64,000 bases of DNA, taken from the IMG/VR virus record IMGVR_UViG_3300046167_000744, positions 10,373 through 74,372 of that record; one strand, written 5' to 3'. This stretch comes from a virus. This document shows positions 1 through 9,400 of the stretch, in pieces; the stretch's first letter is position 1; the number at the start of each line of letters is the position of its first letter. Below the pieces are notes generated by a model. The model searched no databases, was not told the origin of the DNA, and saw only the letters and a program-made list of their open reading frames with translations. The position numbers and the translations under genes were made by a program.

Positions 1-96
1 CTTCATCTCTACTAGCTCTCTTGAGTCTGCGTAATCTACAACGGGATAAGCATAACGGTAATCGAAGTCTTCTCTGAATGGCTCTGTAGGGTCCAT
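1..96 (-). CDS. 5' end of a hypothetical protein running off the window (MDPTEPFREDFDYRYAYP...)
   Basis: ATG at 96 preceded by an AGGAGA RBS (tctcct at 101-106); frame open to position 1. Confidence 0.55.
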   Translation of the reverse strand, partial: MDPTEPFREDFDYRYAYPVVDYADSRELVEMK

Positions 97-107
97 AATA
101 TCTCCTC

Positions 108-510
108 TGCCAAAGTTAGGTCAAAACACTGACCGCTCTCCAACATATATAGTTTATCTAGGTGTCTTAGGTAAAGGTATATTACAACTATATATACTCT
201 CTAGCAAGTTTCATTTTTTAGTAAGTTTGGCATTTAGGTCTTTTTGTGTAGTTAGATCAAGGACTTAGAGTCTGCCACTAGGCTGCCACCTGCCAAGAAG
301 ATTCGTGGTTAGAACACTAGTGGATAGCTCACTAGCTCCACTAGCATAGGTTAGAACACTAGTGGATAGCTCACTAGTGGCTCTAGGTTAGTGACACTAG
401 TGGATAGTCCAGTAGCTCACTAGCAAGGTTAGTGACACTAGTGGATAGCCCACTAGCTCCACTAGCTTTAAGTTAGAACACTAGTGGATAGTCCAGTAGC
501 TCCACTAGTC
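108..510. repeat. Symmetric ori-like element, copy 1 (core, right arm and five 37-44 bp CTAG repeat units)
   Basis: TGCCAAAGTT at 108-117 and AAGTTTGGCA at 223-232 flank a TATATA core; TGCCA at 273/284/291; units (G/A)GTTAG(AA/TGA)CACTAGTGGATAG... start at 307, 349, 386, 427, 471. Confidence 0.9.
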
Positions 511-549
511 TATCACCAGGTATATAGACTTGAAGAGCCTCGGTAGATA

Positions 550-570
550 TGATAAGATACAAGTATCTTA
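550..570 (+). promoter_or_regulatory. Extended -10 promoter candidate overlapped by a perfect palindrome (possible operator)
   Basis: TGATAAGAT at 550-558; TAAGATAC-AA-GTATCTTA at 553-570, upstream of ORF 596. Confidence 0.45.
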
Positions 571-595
571 AACCCATTAACGAAAGAAAAGCAAA

Positions 596-832
596 ATGAC
601 AGATGTTCAAATACATTCACTCGTTCTATCGCTAGAGATAATCAAGGTCCTTATGGCTGACACTCCAGGGATCTACGCTGATATGGAACACGCCGCACTC
701 ACTCATGTATTCAGAGCAGGTGAGCAACGTCAACTATCCATGTCTGAACTCACTAACTTGCTAAGATGCACAGCTCAAGAGACAGCTGATAAAATGGCAG
801 CAGTTAGAGTTAGGCTGAATCATGAGAGCTAA
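596..832 (+). CDS. Hypothetical protein
   Basis: 78-aa ORF overlapping the start of the next gene. Confidence 0.6.
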   Translation: MTDVQIHSLVLSLEIIKVLMADTPGIYADMEHAALTHVFRAGEQRQLSMSELTNLLRCTAQETADKMAAVRVRLNHES

Positions 833-1961
833 ACCAGCTAAACTTAAACACGTCTCAGCATCCTCCATCGGCCTGTTCGATAGATGCCAGACCCGATGGT
901 ATTACACCTATCTATTAGGCATGCGTGGCAAGACTACAGATGCGATGACTAGAGGTAGCCGTGTGCATGAGCAACTTGAGAAGTATCTTAAGGATGGGAC
1001 CAAGCCTGAAGTGAAGACCACCTCTGGACTTATAGCGGCTCAAGGATTGGAGCATATACCTAGCCCGAAGAAGTTTACGAAGAAGGAAAATAAGGTAGAG
1101 GCCAGCCTGGCTGAATACCCCGTGCCTAACCTACCGATTCCGTTCAAAGGCTTTATCGACTACCTAGTAGTTGACACTGACGACGGTATCATCGAAGTAG
1201 GGGATCATAAGACAACCTCTGGCTGGAAGTGGATCAAGACTGAAGAGGAGTTACGAGAGAATACTCAGCTCGTGATCTACGCTCGCCACGTCTTAGAACA
1301 CTATCCTGATGCAACTGATATCAGACTGACACATGTATACTATCTAACTAGACCGCCTCATAGCTCACGCAAGGTCACGGTAGTTGTGAGTAGACAGCAT
1401 GTATACGATGAGTTTGATAAGGTTCTAGCCGCTGCCCATAAGATGATCGAGGCAGCATCCAATACACTTGACCACGCCGACAAAAATAAAGCAGACTGTT
1501 TCGCCTACGGCAAACGCTGCACCCAGTATGATGAGTGCTGGCACACCATTAACCATACGGAGAAACTACCTATGAGCAATAAGCAAGAAGATATCCTGGC
1601 CTTCCTTAGAGGCGAATCGGTCCCACCTGCACCTGTAGCAGCGGAGCCTGAACCTGTTGTTTCTGAGACTGAGGTTATCAATGAGGCTGTTACTGTATAT
1701 ATAGGGTGTAAACCGCTCTATGGTGAGTGCAAGTCTCTGATTGATGCGCTCGCACCTCTTATGGCAGAGGTCTGCAGTGATAAGAACGTGAGCCACATCG
1801 GGTTCGTTCCATACGCTCAAGGTTGGGATATGTTAGCTGCGAAGCTAAGCGCTCAGGGACTTCCCAACGGGGCCTACTATGTGCCTTCGTTCAGTAATGT
1901 AGCTCAGCGACTGAGCGACACTCTAGTTACAGTAGCTAACCAGGTGGTGATTGCAGGTTAA
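822..1961 (+). CDS. PD-(D/E)XK RecB/Cas4-like exonuclease with probable Fe-S cluster
   Basis: SASSI..FDRC, RGSRVHEQLE, FKGFIDYL, VGDHKT, QLVIYA and Cys cluster DCFAYGKRCTQYDEC. Confidence 0.85.
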   Translation: MRAKPAKLKHVSASSIGLFDRCQTRWYYTYLLGMRGKTTDAMTRGSRVHEQLEKYLKDGTKPEVKTTSGLIAAQGLEHIPSPKKFTKKENKVEASLAEYPVPNLPIPFKGFIDYLVVDTDDGIIEVGDHKTTSGWKWIKTEEELRENTQLVIYARHVLEHYPDATDIRLTHVYYLTRPPHSSRKVTVVVSRQHVYDEFDKVLAAAHKMIEAASNTLDHADKNKADCFAYGKRCTQYDECWHTINHTEKLPMSNKQEDILAFLRGESVPPAPVAAEPEPVVSETEVINEAVTVYIGCKPLYGECKSLIDALAPLMAEVCSDKNVSHIGFVPYAQGWDMLAAKLSAQGLPNGAYYVPSFSNVAQRLSDTLVTVANQVVIAG

Positions 1962-1970
1962 GACCTACTA

Positions 1971-1979
1971 TGTTATACT
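1971..1979 (+). promoter_or_regulatory. Extended -10 promoter motif TGTTATACT
   Basis: TGnTAnnnT in a short intergenic gap; the motif recurs before many operon starts. Confidence 0.5.
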
Positions 1980-2014
1980 GTGCTTATACTTATAGACTAA
2001 GGAAAGCACGGTAA

Positions 2015-3721
2015 ATGAACGATCAACTAAAGCATCTCTTCGGAGAAGTAACACCTGAAACAAAAGAGAAGCCTGTAGAGGTATCCGAGCCTGTTAGGAT
2101 CAAGAGCCTACCTACTTATAACTACACTCCTGAAGACCTGACGGATCAGCTAAAGACTCCTGAAGGCTTTATGAGCTTAAGACCGCTACAGAATCAGGCG
2201 CTCGTTGAGTGTCGTGACGCTAAAGGCGGAGTCCTACTACTAGGTTGTGGTGTCGGCAAGACACTCGTCTCGTATCTATTGCCAGTAGTTATGAAGGCTA
2301 AACAGCCTCTGCTCCTGGTCCCTGCTTCACTAGTGGATAAGACTAGAGCTGAGTTCCATAGCTACTCTACCAACTTTAAGATTACGCTACCCACTATATT
2401 ATCTTATGAGAAGCTATCACGCCGAACCGCTCAGCAGTTCCTCACACAACTAAAGCCAGACTTAATAATCTGCGATGAGGCTCACCACCTCAAGAGTATG
2501 GACTCGACACGCACTTCTCGACTTGGCAAGTATCTAGTGAATCACCCTAAGTGCAACCTGGTGGTGATGAGCGGAACACTATTTAATAAGAGCGTCGCCG
2601 ACTTCGCACACCTAGCGGATTGGGCGTTAGAAGAAGGCTCACCTGTCCCTAATAATCATAGAGACGTAGAGGTGTTCGATCTAGTCCTAACAGGTGAGGC
2701 GAATGGATATCAGTATGGCCAGTTTGAGCCTATGATGGAGTGGGGCCAATCAGCTCGTGAAGCGGTGTATCAACGAATGAAGGCTACTAAAGGCGTGGTG
2801 CTTACCACTGACGAAGCCGTGCCTTCAGCTCTACGCTTGATTAAGATGGAGGGTAAAGTCCCTAAAGAACTCCAGGACGGGATCAATCAATGCTTTGAGT
2901 CTGGAGTTATGAGTGAGGTGCTTACAGGGATGGAGATCGACTTCGATATAAACACCATCAATGCGAGCCAGCATTTGTGGGACGATACAGATCAGTTTGC
3001 GTTAAGAGCTTTAGGTCAAATGGTGAGCGGCTGTCTCTACTTTTGGGAGTGGCCTAATCATACACCTGATGATGAGTGGTTACTTGCTCGTAAAGATTGG
3101 CGACGGGCGGTGCGTATTATAAGGGAGATGGATCTAGAAGACTACGACTCACCTCATATAATAGAGACTGAGTTCCATCAGTTACCGCCAGATATAGTGA
3201 GTGTATTCGAGGGTTCCTACTCCAAGTGGCAGGCGGTTAAACATCGACCAGCGCCACCTAGAGATAGTGTTTGGGTATCTGATTATATGATTAACTATGT
3301 AGCTAACTGGAAAGAAGAGCAGACGCTGCCGTATATAATATGGGTAGATGGTGTGGAGGTTGGTAATAAGTTGAGCAGTAGATTAAATATACCGTATTAT
3401 GGAGCAGGGGCGAGCCTCCCTACTATTGCGGAACCGTGTATTATGTCGATACGATCTCATGGCACTGGTAAGAATCTACAGGCGTGGAGCGTTAATCTAG
3501 TATTCGCAGCTCTAGCGGATCCAGCCACTTGGGAGCAGATGATTGCTAGAACGCATAGAGCAGGACAGCTCGCTGACGAAGTATTAGTATATACTTTCAC
3601 TCACTCAATCTTCGGATCTAGTTTTGGTAAAGCGTATAAGCAGAGCAAAGTTATATCCGACACTACGGGACAGCCGCAGCGTTTAGTTTACGCAGATAAG
3701 CTATCCAGGAGATTATCATGA
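2015..3721 (+). CDS. SF2 (SNF2-like) DEAH helicase
   Basis: Walker A GCGVGKT, ICDEAHH, MSGT, QMIARTHRAGQ. Confidence 0.9.
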   Translation: MNDQLKHLFGEVTPETKEKPVEVSEPVRIKSLPTYNYTPEDLTDQLKTPEGFMSLRPLQNQALVECRDAKGGVLLLGCGVGKTLVSYLLPVVMKAKQPLLLVPASLVDKTRAEFHSYSTNFKITLPTILSYEKLSRRTAQQFLTQLKPDLIICDEAHHLKSMDSTRTSRLGKYLVNHPKCNLVVMSGTLFNKSVADFAHLADWALEEGSPVPNNHRDVEVFDLVLTGEANGYQYGQFEPMMEWGQSAREAVYQRMKATKGVVLTTDEAVPSALRLIKMEGKVPKELQDGINQCFESGVMSEVLTGMEIDFDINTINASQHLWDDTDQFALRALGQMVSGCLYFWEWPNHTPDDEWLLARKDWRRAVRIIREMDLEDYDSPHIIETEFHQLPPDIVSVFEGSYSKWQAVKHRPAPPRDSVWVSDYMINYVANWKEEQTLPYIIWVDGVEVGNKLSSRLNIPYYGAGASLPTIAEPCIMSIRSHGTGKNLQAWSVNLVFAALADPATWEQMIARTHRAGQLADEVLVYTFTHSIFGSSFGKAYKQSKVISDTTGQPQRLVYADKLSRRLS

Positions 3722-4377
3722 AAGATTTAATAGGCGATAAGGTATACGTGCCTGGCGAAGAGCCTATGGAGATAGCTGTTAGCGACTCCGAGGTAATATC
3801 TAGTGGTCGGGACCTTCAGGTTATGGTGCATCACGATATCCTCAGAGGCCTGGATATACCAAATAAAAGAACAGGCGCTCTAGATCCTATAGATAAGGAG
3901 CGTTGGTTAGTTGTGGTAGAGACACTGATGCAGCGAGGCACTAAGAGTGTATCGCAGCTCCGAGACTATACAGGTCTGACACAACAACGAGCTACCAGGT
4001 TTATCCAAGAGGTTCGGGACCGATGGGCCAACTCCCTAACAATGGGACAGGTTAACTCTAGGCGTGAGCAGCTCTATTTAGAGTGTGAGCGTGTCAAGGA
4101 GGAGTGCTGGCGACAGTATCACCTAGTTGATAGTGAAATGGCTAAGCTAGCCTTTATGAAGATGATTATAGATGCTGGTAAGCGTCAATCGTCCTTGATA
4201 GGTGCCGAGCGCATTAACGTCAATGTAGAGTCTAAGGTGGCAGGCCATAAGACCGCTGAAGAGATGGAGGCTGAAGTAGCTGGCCAACTATCTATATCTG
4301 TAGATCAATTTAGCGTGATGGGCGAGATGTTATCTAAGCAGATAACCACACTCAGGAAGGATCATAACGATGAGTAA
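3718..4377 (+). CDS. Putative terminase small subunit / HTH DNA-binding protein
   Basis: HTH-like SVSQLRDYTGLTQQRATRFI, helical, overlaps the start of terL. Confidence 0.55.
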   Translation: MKDLIGDKVYVPGEEPMEIAVSDSEVISSGRDLQVMVHHDILRGLDIPNKRTGALDPIDKERWLVVVETLMQRGTKSVSQLRDYTGLTQQRATRFIQEVRDRWANSLTMGQVNSRREQLYLECERVKEECWRQYHLVDSEMAKLAFMKMIIDAGKRQSSLIGAERINVNVESKVAGHKTAEEMEAEVAGQLSISVDQFSVMGEMLSKQITTLRKDHNDE

Positions 4378-6049
4378 TGTAGATATTAAAAAACTAATGC
4401 TGACGAAGGAAGGTAGGAGGCTGTTATCTATTCACAGCCCTATGTTCTTCGCCACCTATTATCTAGGTTATGATTATGCGAAGCATCAAGATGATTGGCT
4501 AAACGAGTGTGAGATACATACCAAAGACGCTAAAGCTAAGAACGCTAAGAAGAAGATGTTGCTCCTGGCCCCTCGTGACCACGGTAAATCATTCTTAAGT
4601 ATAGCGTATACCGTTCGTCGCCTATGTATAGATCGTAACGCAAAGATCTTATGGATTAGTGCGAGTTCAGGCCAGGCCGAGAAGCGTGTCCGTATGGTTA
4701 AGCAGTTTCTCAATGATCCCAAGATTATAGCGGATTGGGCAAGTGACGATCTACCTCCATTCAAGGATGCTGAAACTAAGTGGGTATCAACTCAGATCTA
4801 TATCGTGCGACCTGATGAGAGTGTTGATCCTTCAGTAGAAGCTACTGGCTGTGGTGGATCTATAACAGGCGGTCACGTTGATGTTATCATCATGGACGAC
4901 CTTGAAGATGATAAGACCGTATATTCCTCATCAGTGCGAGAGAAGACTCGTGACTGGTTAAGAGGCACGGTTCAGCCTATGCTTAATCGTAACGGCTTTA
5001 TGTTGGTGGTAGGCACTCGCAAACACTTTGATGATGTATACGCTCATATGATTAAGGACCCTACGTTCATAGTGATGAATGATCCAGCTATATCGCAGAT
5101 GCCTGAGAGTTACACTTTTGATATGGCGATGGATCGAGATGGTAGAGATATCATTCAGAATGTTGTGGTTAACGGACCCTCCAAAGTCTTATGGCCTCAA
5201 GAGCGCCCTATCGAGTATCTACTCAAAGAGAAACAGGCTGTAGGCGGTCTACTCTTCGCTCGTGAGTTTATGAACCAGGTTCAGTCTGATGATGCCGCAG
5301 CCTTCAAGTGGGAATGGCTCGATAAGGCTAAAGAGCGAGGTCAACATCTAGCTCTAGGTGAGCTGCCTCCCTTCGATGAACTCCAAGTGGTTCAAGGCTG
5401 GGACCTTGCACTTATCACTGACGCTAAGAAAGCTGAAGACCAGGACGGTGACTACACCGTAGGGACGACCTGGGGCAAGGATCAGGATGGGAATAGGTAT
5501 TTATTATCAATGGTTAGGTTCAGAGGTGTATCCCCTAATGAGCTGCAGCGTAGAGTGGTGCAAGAGTATGAGCGGTTTAAACAGTTCGTCACTTGCGTGA
5601 TGATAGAGAAGAATGCTTTTGGTCAACTCCATCTACTTGAACTACAGAAGAAGACTGATCTACCCTTGAAGCAACACCTCACTACCGCTGGAGCTAAGTC
5701 TTCACCCTGGACAGGGGTTCCTGCCTTATCCGCCTTATTTGAGAATGGTAAGATTACACTGCCTTACGCAGATCAGGAGAGTAAAGATATTGTAGACGTG
5801 TTATGCCAGGAGCTTTATGGGCTAGGTAAAGAGAAACACGATGACACTGCTATGAGCTTATGGATAGCTGAAACGGCTATGCGTGATGCGTCTTTCCAAT
5901 ATGCGGTAAGTTTCGGAGATGATATAGAGTATGATATGTTTGGCAATCTGACTAGCCCTGGCCAAGATGAGGGAAGCTACAATGAAGCGGCTGACCGTAA
6001 ACACCTATCAGGCCTCTGGAGTAACTTTGATTGGTATAAAGAACATTAA
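4370..6049 (+). CDS. terL: Terminase large subunit
   Basis: LAPRDHGKS Walker A, IIMDDLED Walker B, VVGTRKH, nuclease motifs GWDLA...DYT and HDDTAMS. Confidence 0.95.
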   Translation: MSNVDIKKLMLTKEGRRLLSIHSPMFFATYYLGYDYAKHQDDWLNECEIHTKDAKAKNAKKKMLLLAPRDHGKSFLSIAYTVRRLCIDRNAKILWISASSGQAEKRVRMVKQFLNDPKIIADWASDDLPPFKDAETKWVSTQIYIVRPDESVDPSVEATGCGGSITGGHVDVIIMDDLEDDKTVYSSSVREKTRDWLRGTVQPMLNRNGFMLVVGTRKHFDDVYAHMIKDPTFIVMNDPAISQMPESYTFDMAMDRDGRDIIQNVVVNGPSKVLWPQERPIEYLLKEKQAVGGLLFAREFMNQVQSDDAAAFKWEWLDKAKERGQHLALGELPPFDELQVVQGWDLALITDAKKAEDQDGDYTVGTTWGKDQDGNRYLLSMVRFRGVSPNELQRRVVQEYERFKQFVTCVMIEKNAFGQLHLLELQKKTDLPLKQHLTTAGAKSSPWTGVPALSALFENGKITLPYADQESKDIVDVLCQELYGLGKEKHDDTAMSLWIAETAMRDASFQYAVSFGDDIEYDMFGNLTSPGQDEGSYNEAADRKHLSGLWSNFDWYKEH

Positions 6050-6113
6050 GGTGAAGTATAGGGCTGTTGATGTTATCATATACCCACTCAACACTTATAA
6101 TTAGGAGTTCATC

Positions 6114-6440
6114 ATGGCAGATCATAAAACCGTAGTTGTGGAGTCTGGCGGCGACACAGTATTCTTAACTAAAGCCAATCTAGGCTTCTCACCAGCTGAT
6201 ACGCACCGTAACTTCCAAATCTCGGTTCATAACTTAGATGGTGGAACTTATACAGTGTCCTACTATCCCGTAAACTGCAGCCACTTGATTGAGTTTCAAG
6301 ATAATGCGCCTGAGTCTGCAGCGGTAGTAGCCTCTCAAACTATCGACTTCCTATACTCAGGCTTGGTTATATCTTTCAATAACCTGGGTGCAGGAGCTGC
6401 CCCGAAGGTCCATGCAACATTCTGGCCTCGTGGTCTATAA
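6114..6440 (+). CDS. Small beta-rich hypothetical (possible virion) protein
   Basis: AGGAG RBS, TGTTATCAT at 6071, heads the fibre gene cluster. Confidence 0.7.
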   Translation: MADHKTVVVESGGDTVFLTKANLGFSPADTHRNFQISVHNLDGGTYTVSYYPVNCSHLIEFQDNAPESAAVVASQTIDFLYSGLVISFNNLGAGAAPKVHATFWPRGL

Positions 6441-6451
6441 GGAGTTAAACT

Positions 6452-9400
6452 ATGGCTATTTTATCAGGTGATGACGCAACCACCAAGGAGCCAGGACTCG
6501 TCAGACTTGCTAGGGTCGATGAGACTTTAGCAGGTGTAAGTGAGTCCATTGCTACCACGCCTCTAGGTGTGGCTTCCTATGTTGCCCAACTTATAGGAGC
6601 GGCCCCTGCTGCCCTTAACACTTTACAAGAGCTAGCTGAAGCTATCCAGGGTGACGACGACTTCTACGTCCGTGTCCAAACCCTAGAGGCTACAGCTACA
6701 TCACACGGCACACGCCTCACCTCTGCTGAAGGTGATATCGCAGTATTGCAAGCGGATCTCAATACCGCCGAGTCTAGCATCTCGACTTTACAGTCGGGCG
6801 TTAGCGGTAACGATACTGATATCGCTGGCATCCTAACCAGGTTGACCGCAGCCGAAGGTGATATTGACGACCTGGAAGCACATACCCATATTGATGGTGG
6901 GGGATCTAGCACAGCGCTCCAAGATGAGGTCGATGATATAGAGGCTGGTGTAGGGCTTGCAACTGACGGATCATACGCTTCACGCAGCGGCTCTAACTAT
7001 ATCGACTCAGCCTCATCTATCGCAGGTGAGATCGGTCTACTCGATACGCAGGTTAAGAGTAACGCAGATGCTATCTCTTCACTTCAATCAGGTGGCTCAG
7101 GTAGCTCCGCTAACCAAGACGAAGTTGATGATATTGAATCATCAGTCGGGTTAGATGCTGACGGTAACTATGTATCCAGGTCTGGAACTAACTACCTCGA
7201 TAGCGCCTCATCCATTGTAGGTGAGATCGGACTACTCGACGCTCAAGCTAAGATTAGCGCTGACGCTATAGCGAGTAACGATAGTGATATCGCATCTATA
7301 CAGAGCGACGTGAGCGCAGCTCAATCAGATATCTCAACGAACGCATCAGGTATAAGCAGTAATAGCTCTGCTATTTCTACACTTAACTCACTAGCTGATT
7401 CTCATGAGGCATCTATCGGACTCAGTTCTGCAGGGGCCTACGTCACGAGATCAGGTAGTAACTACCTCGACAGTGCATCTAGTATTGTAGGTGAGATCAG
7501 CGCTCTCGATACGCAGGTTAAGGCCAATGCGGATTCAGCAGCAGCTAACTCTAGCGCAATCTCTTCTAACGATAGCGATATCGCTGGCATCCTAACCAGG
7601 CTGACAACAGCCGAAGGTGAGATTGACGCTCTAGAGATTGAAGCTCATGATGATACCCAAGTAGAACTCGACGCTACTCAAGCTGGAGCTGGACTCGATG
7701 CTGATGGAGGCTATACCGCCGATGCAACTAGTAACTACTTAACCTCTGCCTCTTCACTGAAGGACGCAGACGATAAGCTAGATGCTCAGATCAAGAGTAA
7801 TGCGGATAGTATCACTAGCCTTCAAAGCTCGGTATCATCTACTCAAAGCGATTTGGATACAGCTGAAAGTGCGATCACTAGTTTACAAAGCGATGTAGCT
7901 GGTAACGATAGCGATATCAGTGGCTTAGCGGCACGTATGTCAACGGCTGAAGGTGATATCACCCAGCTTGAGACTGACGTTGCAGGTAACGATAGTGATA
8001 TAGCGACCAACTTGGCAGCTATACAGAGTAACGATAGTGATATCACGGCGTTGCAGGGGCGCATGTCAACAGCTGAGTCTGATATAGACACAGTAGAGTT
8101 GAGCGTTGCAGGTAAAGCTGATGGTAGCCTGGTGGATACCATTGAGGCATCTATCGGTATTAGTGCGGATGGGACCTTCTCAGCTAACTCCAGCTCTAAC
8201 TACTTAGGATCTGCATCTAGTGTCCGTGGTGAGATCAACGCACTCGACACTCAAGCGAAGGCTAATGCTGACTCTATTGATGCAAACGATACGGATATCC
8301 TCGCCATACTGACCACGGTCTCAGGGCATTCTACTTCAATCGCAGCTAACAGTAGTGCGATCAGCTCTAACGATTCAGATATCGCTACCAACGTAGCTTC
8401 CATCTCGACTCTACAGAGTGAAGTAGATGCAGCTCAAGTCGGTGCTGGATTAGATTCTGATGGAGGCTATACAGCTGACTCATCTAGCAACTACCTCACG
8501 GCAGCCTCTTCACTGAAGGATGCTGACGATAAGCTAGACGCTCAGATCAAGAGCCTATCTGATGATATAGACGCTATCACTTCAGGCACTAGCGGATCAG
8601 CTTCACTAGCTACCATCCAGGCCGAGGTCAATGCGACTCAGGCAGGTGCAGGTCTTGATCCCGACGGCGACTATACAGCTGACTCATCTAGTAACTACTT
8701 AGCATCAGCTACCTCCTTGCTCGATGCAGACGATAAGCTAGACGCTCAGATCAAGGTCAACGCAGACGCAATCGCTTCTAACGACTCAGATATCTCAGCT
8801 CTTCAAAGCTCTGTATCAGGTAATGATAGTGATATCAGTAGTTTACAAAGTTCTGTAGCGAGTAACTCTAGTGCGGTCTCCTCTAACGATAGTGATATCG
8901 CTAACCTCCAGGCGCTCGCCAATACGCACGAAGCCTCTATAGGTCTAGAGGCTGACGGTTCCTTAGCTGCGTTTACGAACAAGCCTATCATCGCATCTGA
9001 TACATCTATCAGAGCAGCGGTCGAAGGCATTGTAGATTATGTAGGTGAAGCATCTATTTCAGGGACGCTATCGGCCAACCTGGTAACTGCTCAAGCAAGC
9101 ATCAGCACTAACGCAACTAACATCAGTGGTAACGACTCAGATATCTCAGCGCTCCAAGCGTCAATGTCTGCAGCCGAGTCTGATATTGATGATCTTGAGA
9201 CCTTAACAGTCTCTCACACATCAAGCATCGCATCGAATGCGGCTAACATCGCATCAAACGATACTGATATAGCGGCTAACCTAGCGTCAATACAGAGTAA
9301 CGACACTGATATAGCTTCTAACCTAGCGGCGATCCAGGGTAACGATAGCGATATTGCTGGACTATTGACCCGTATGAATACTGCAGAGTCAAACATAGGC

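Noticed and set aside
307-510. CRISPR mini-array next to a Cas4-like gene
   Set aside because: Units are nearly contiguous with only a few variable bases, so there are no unique spacers; no cas1, cas2 or effector genes are present.
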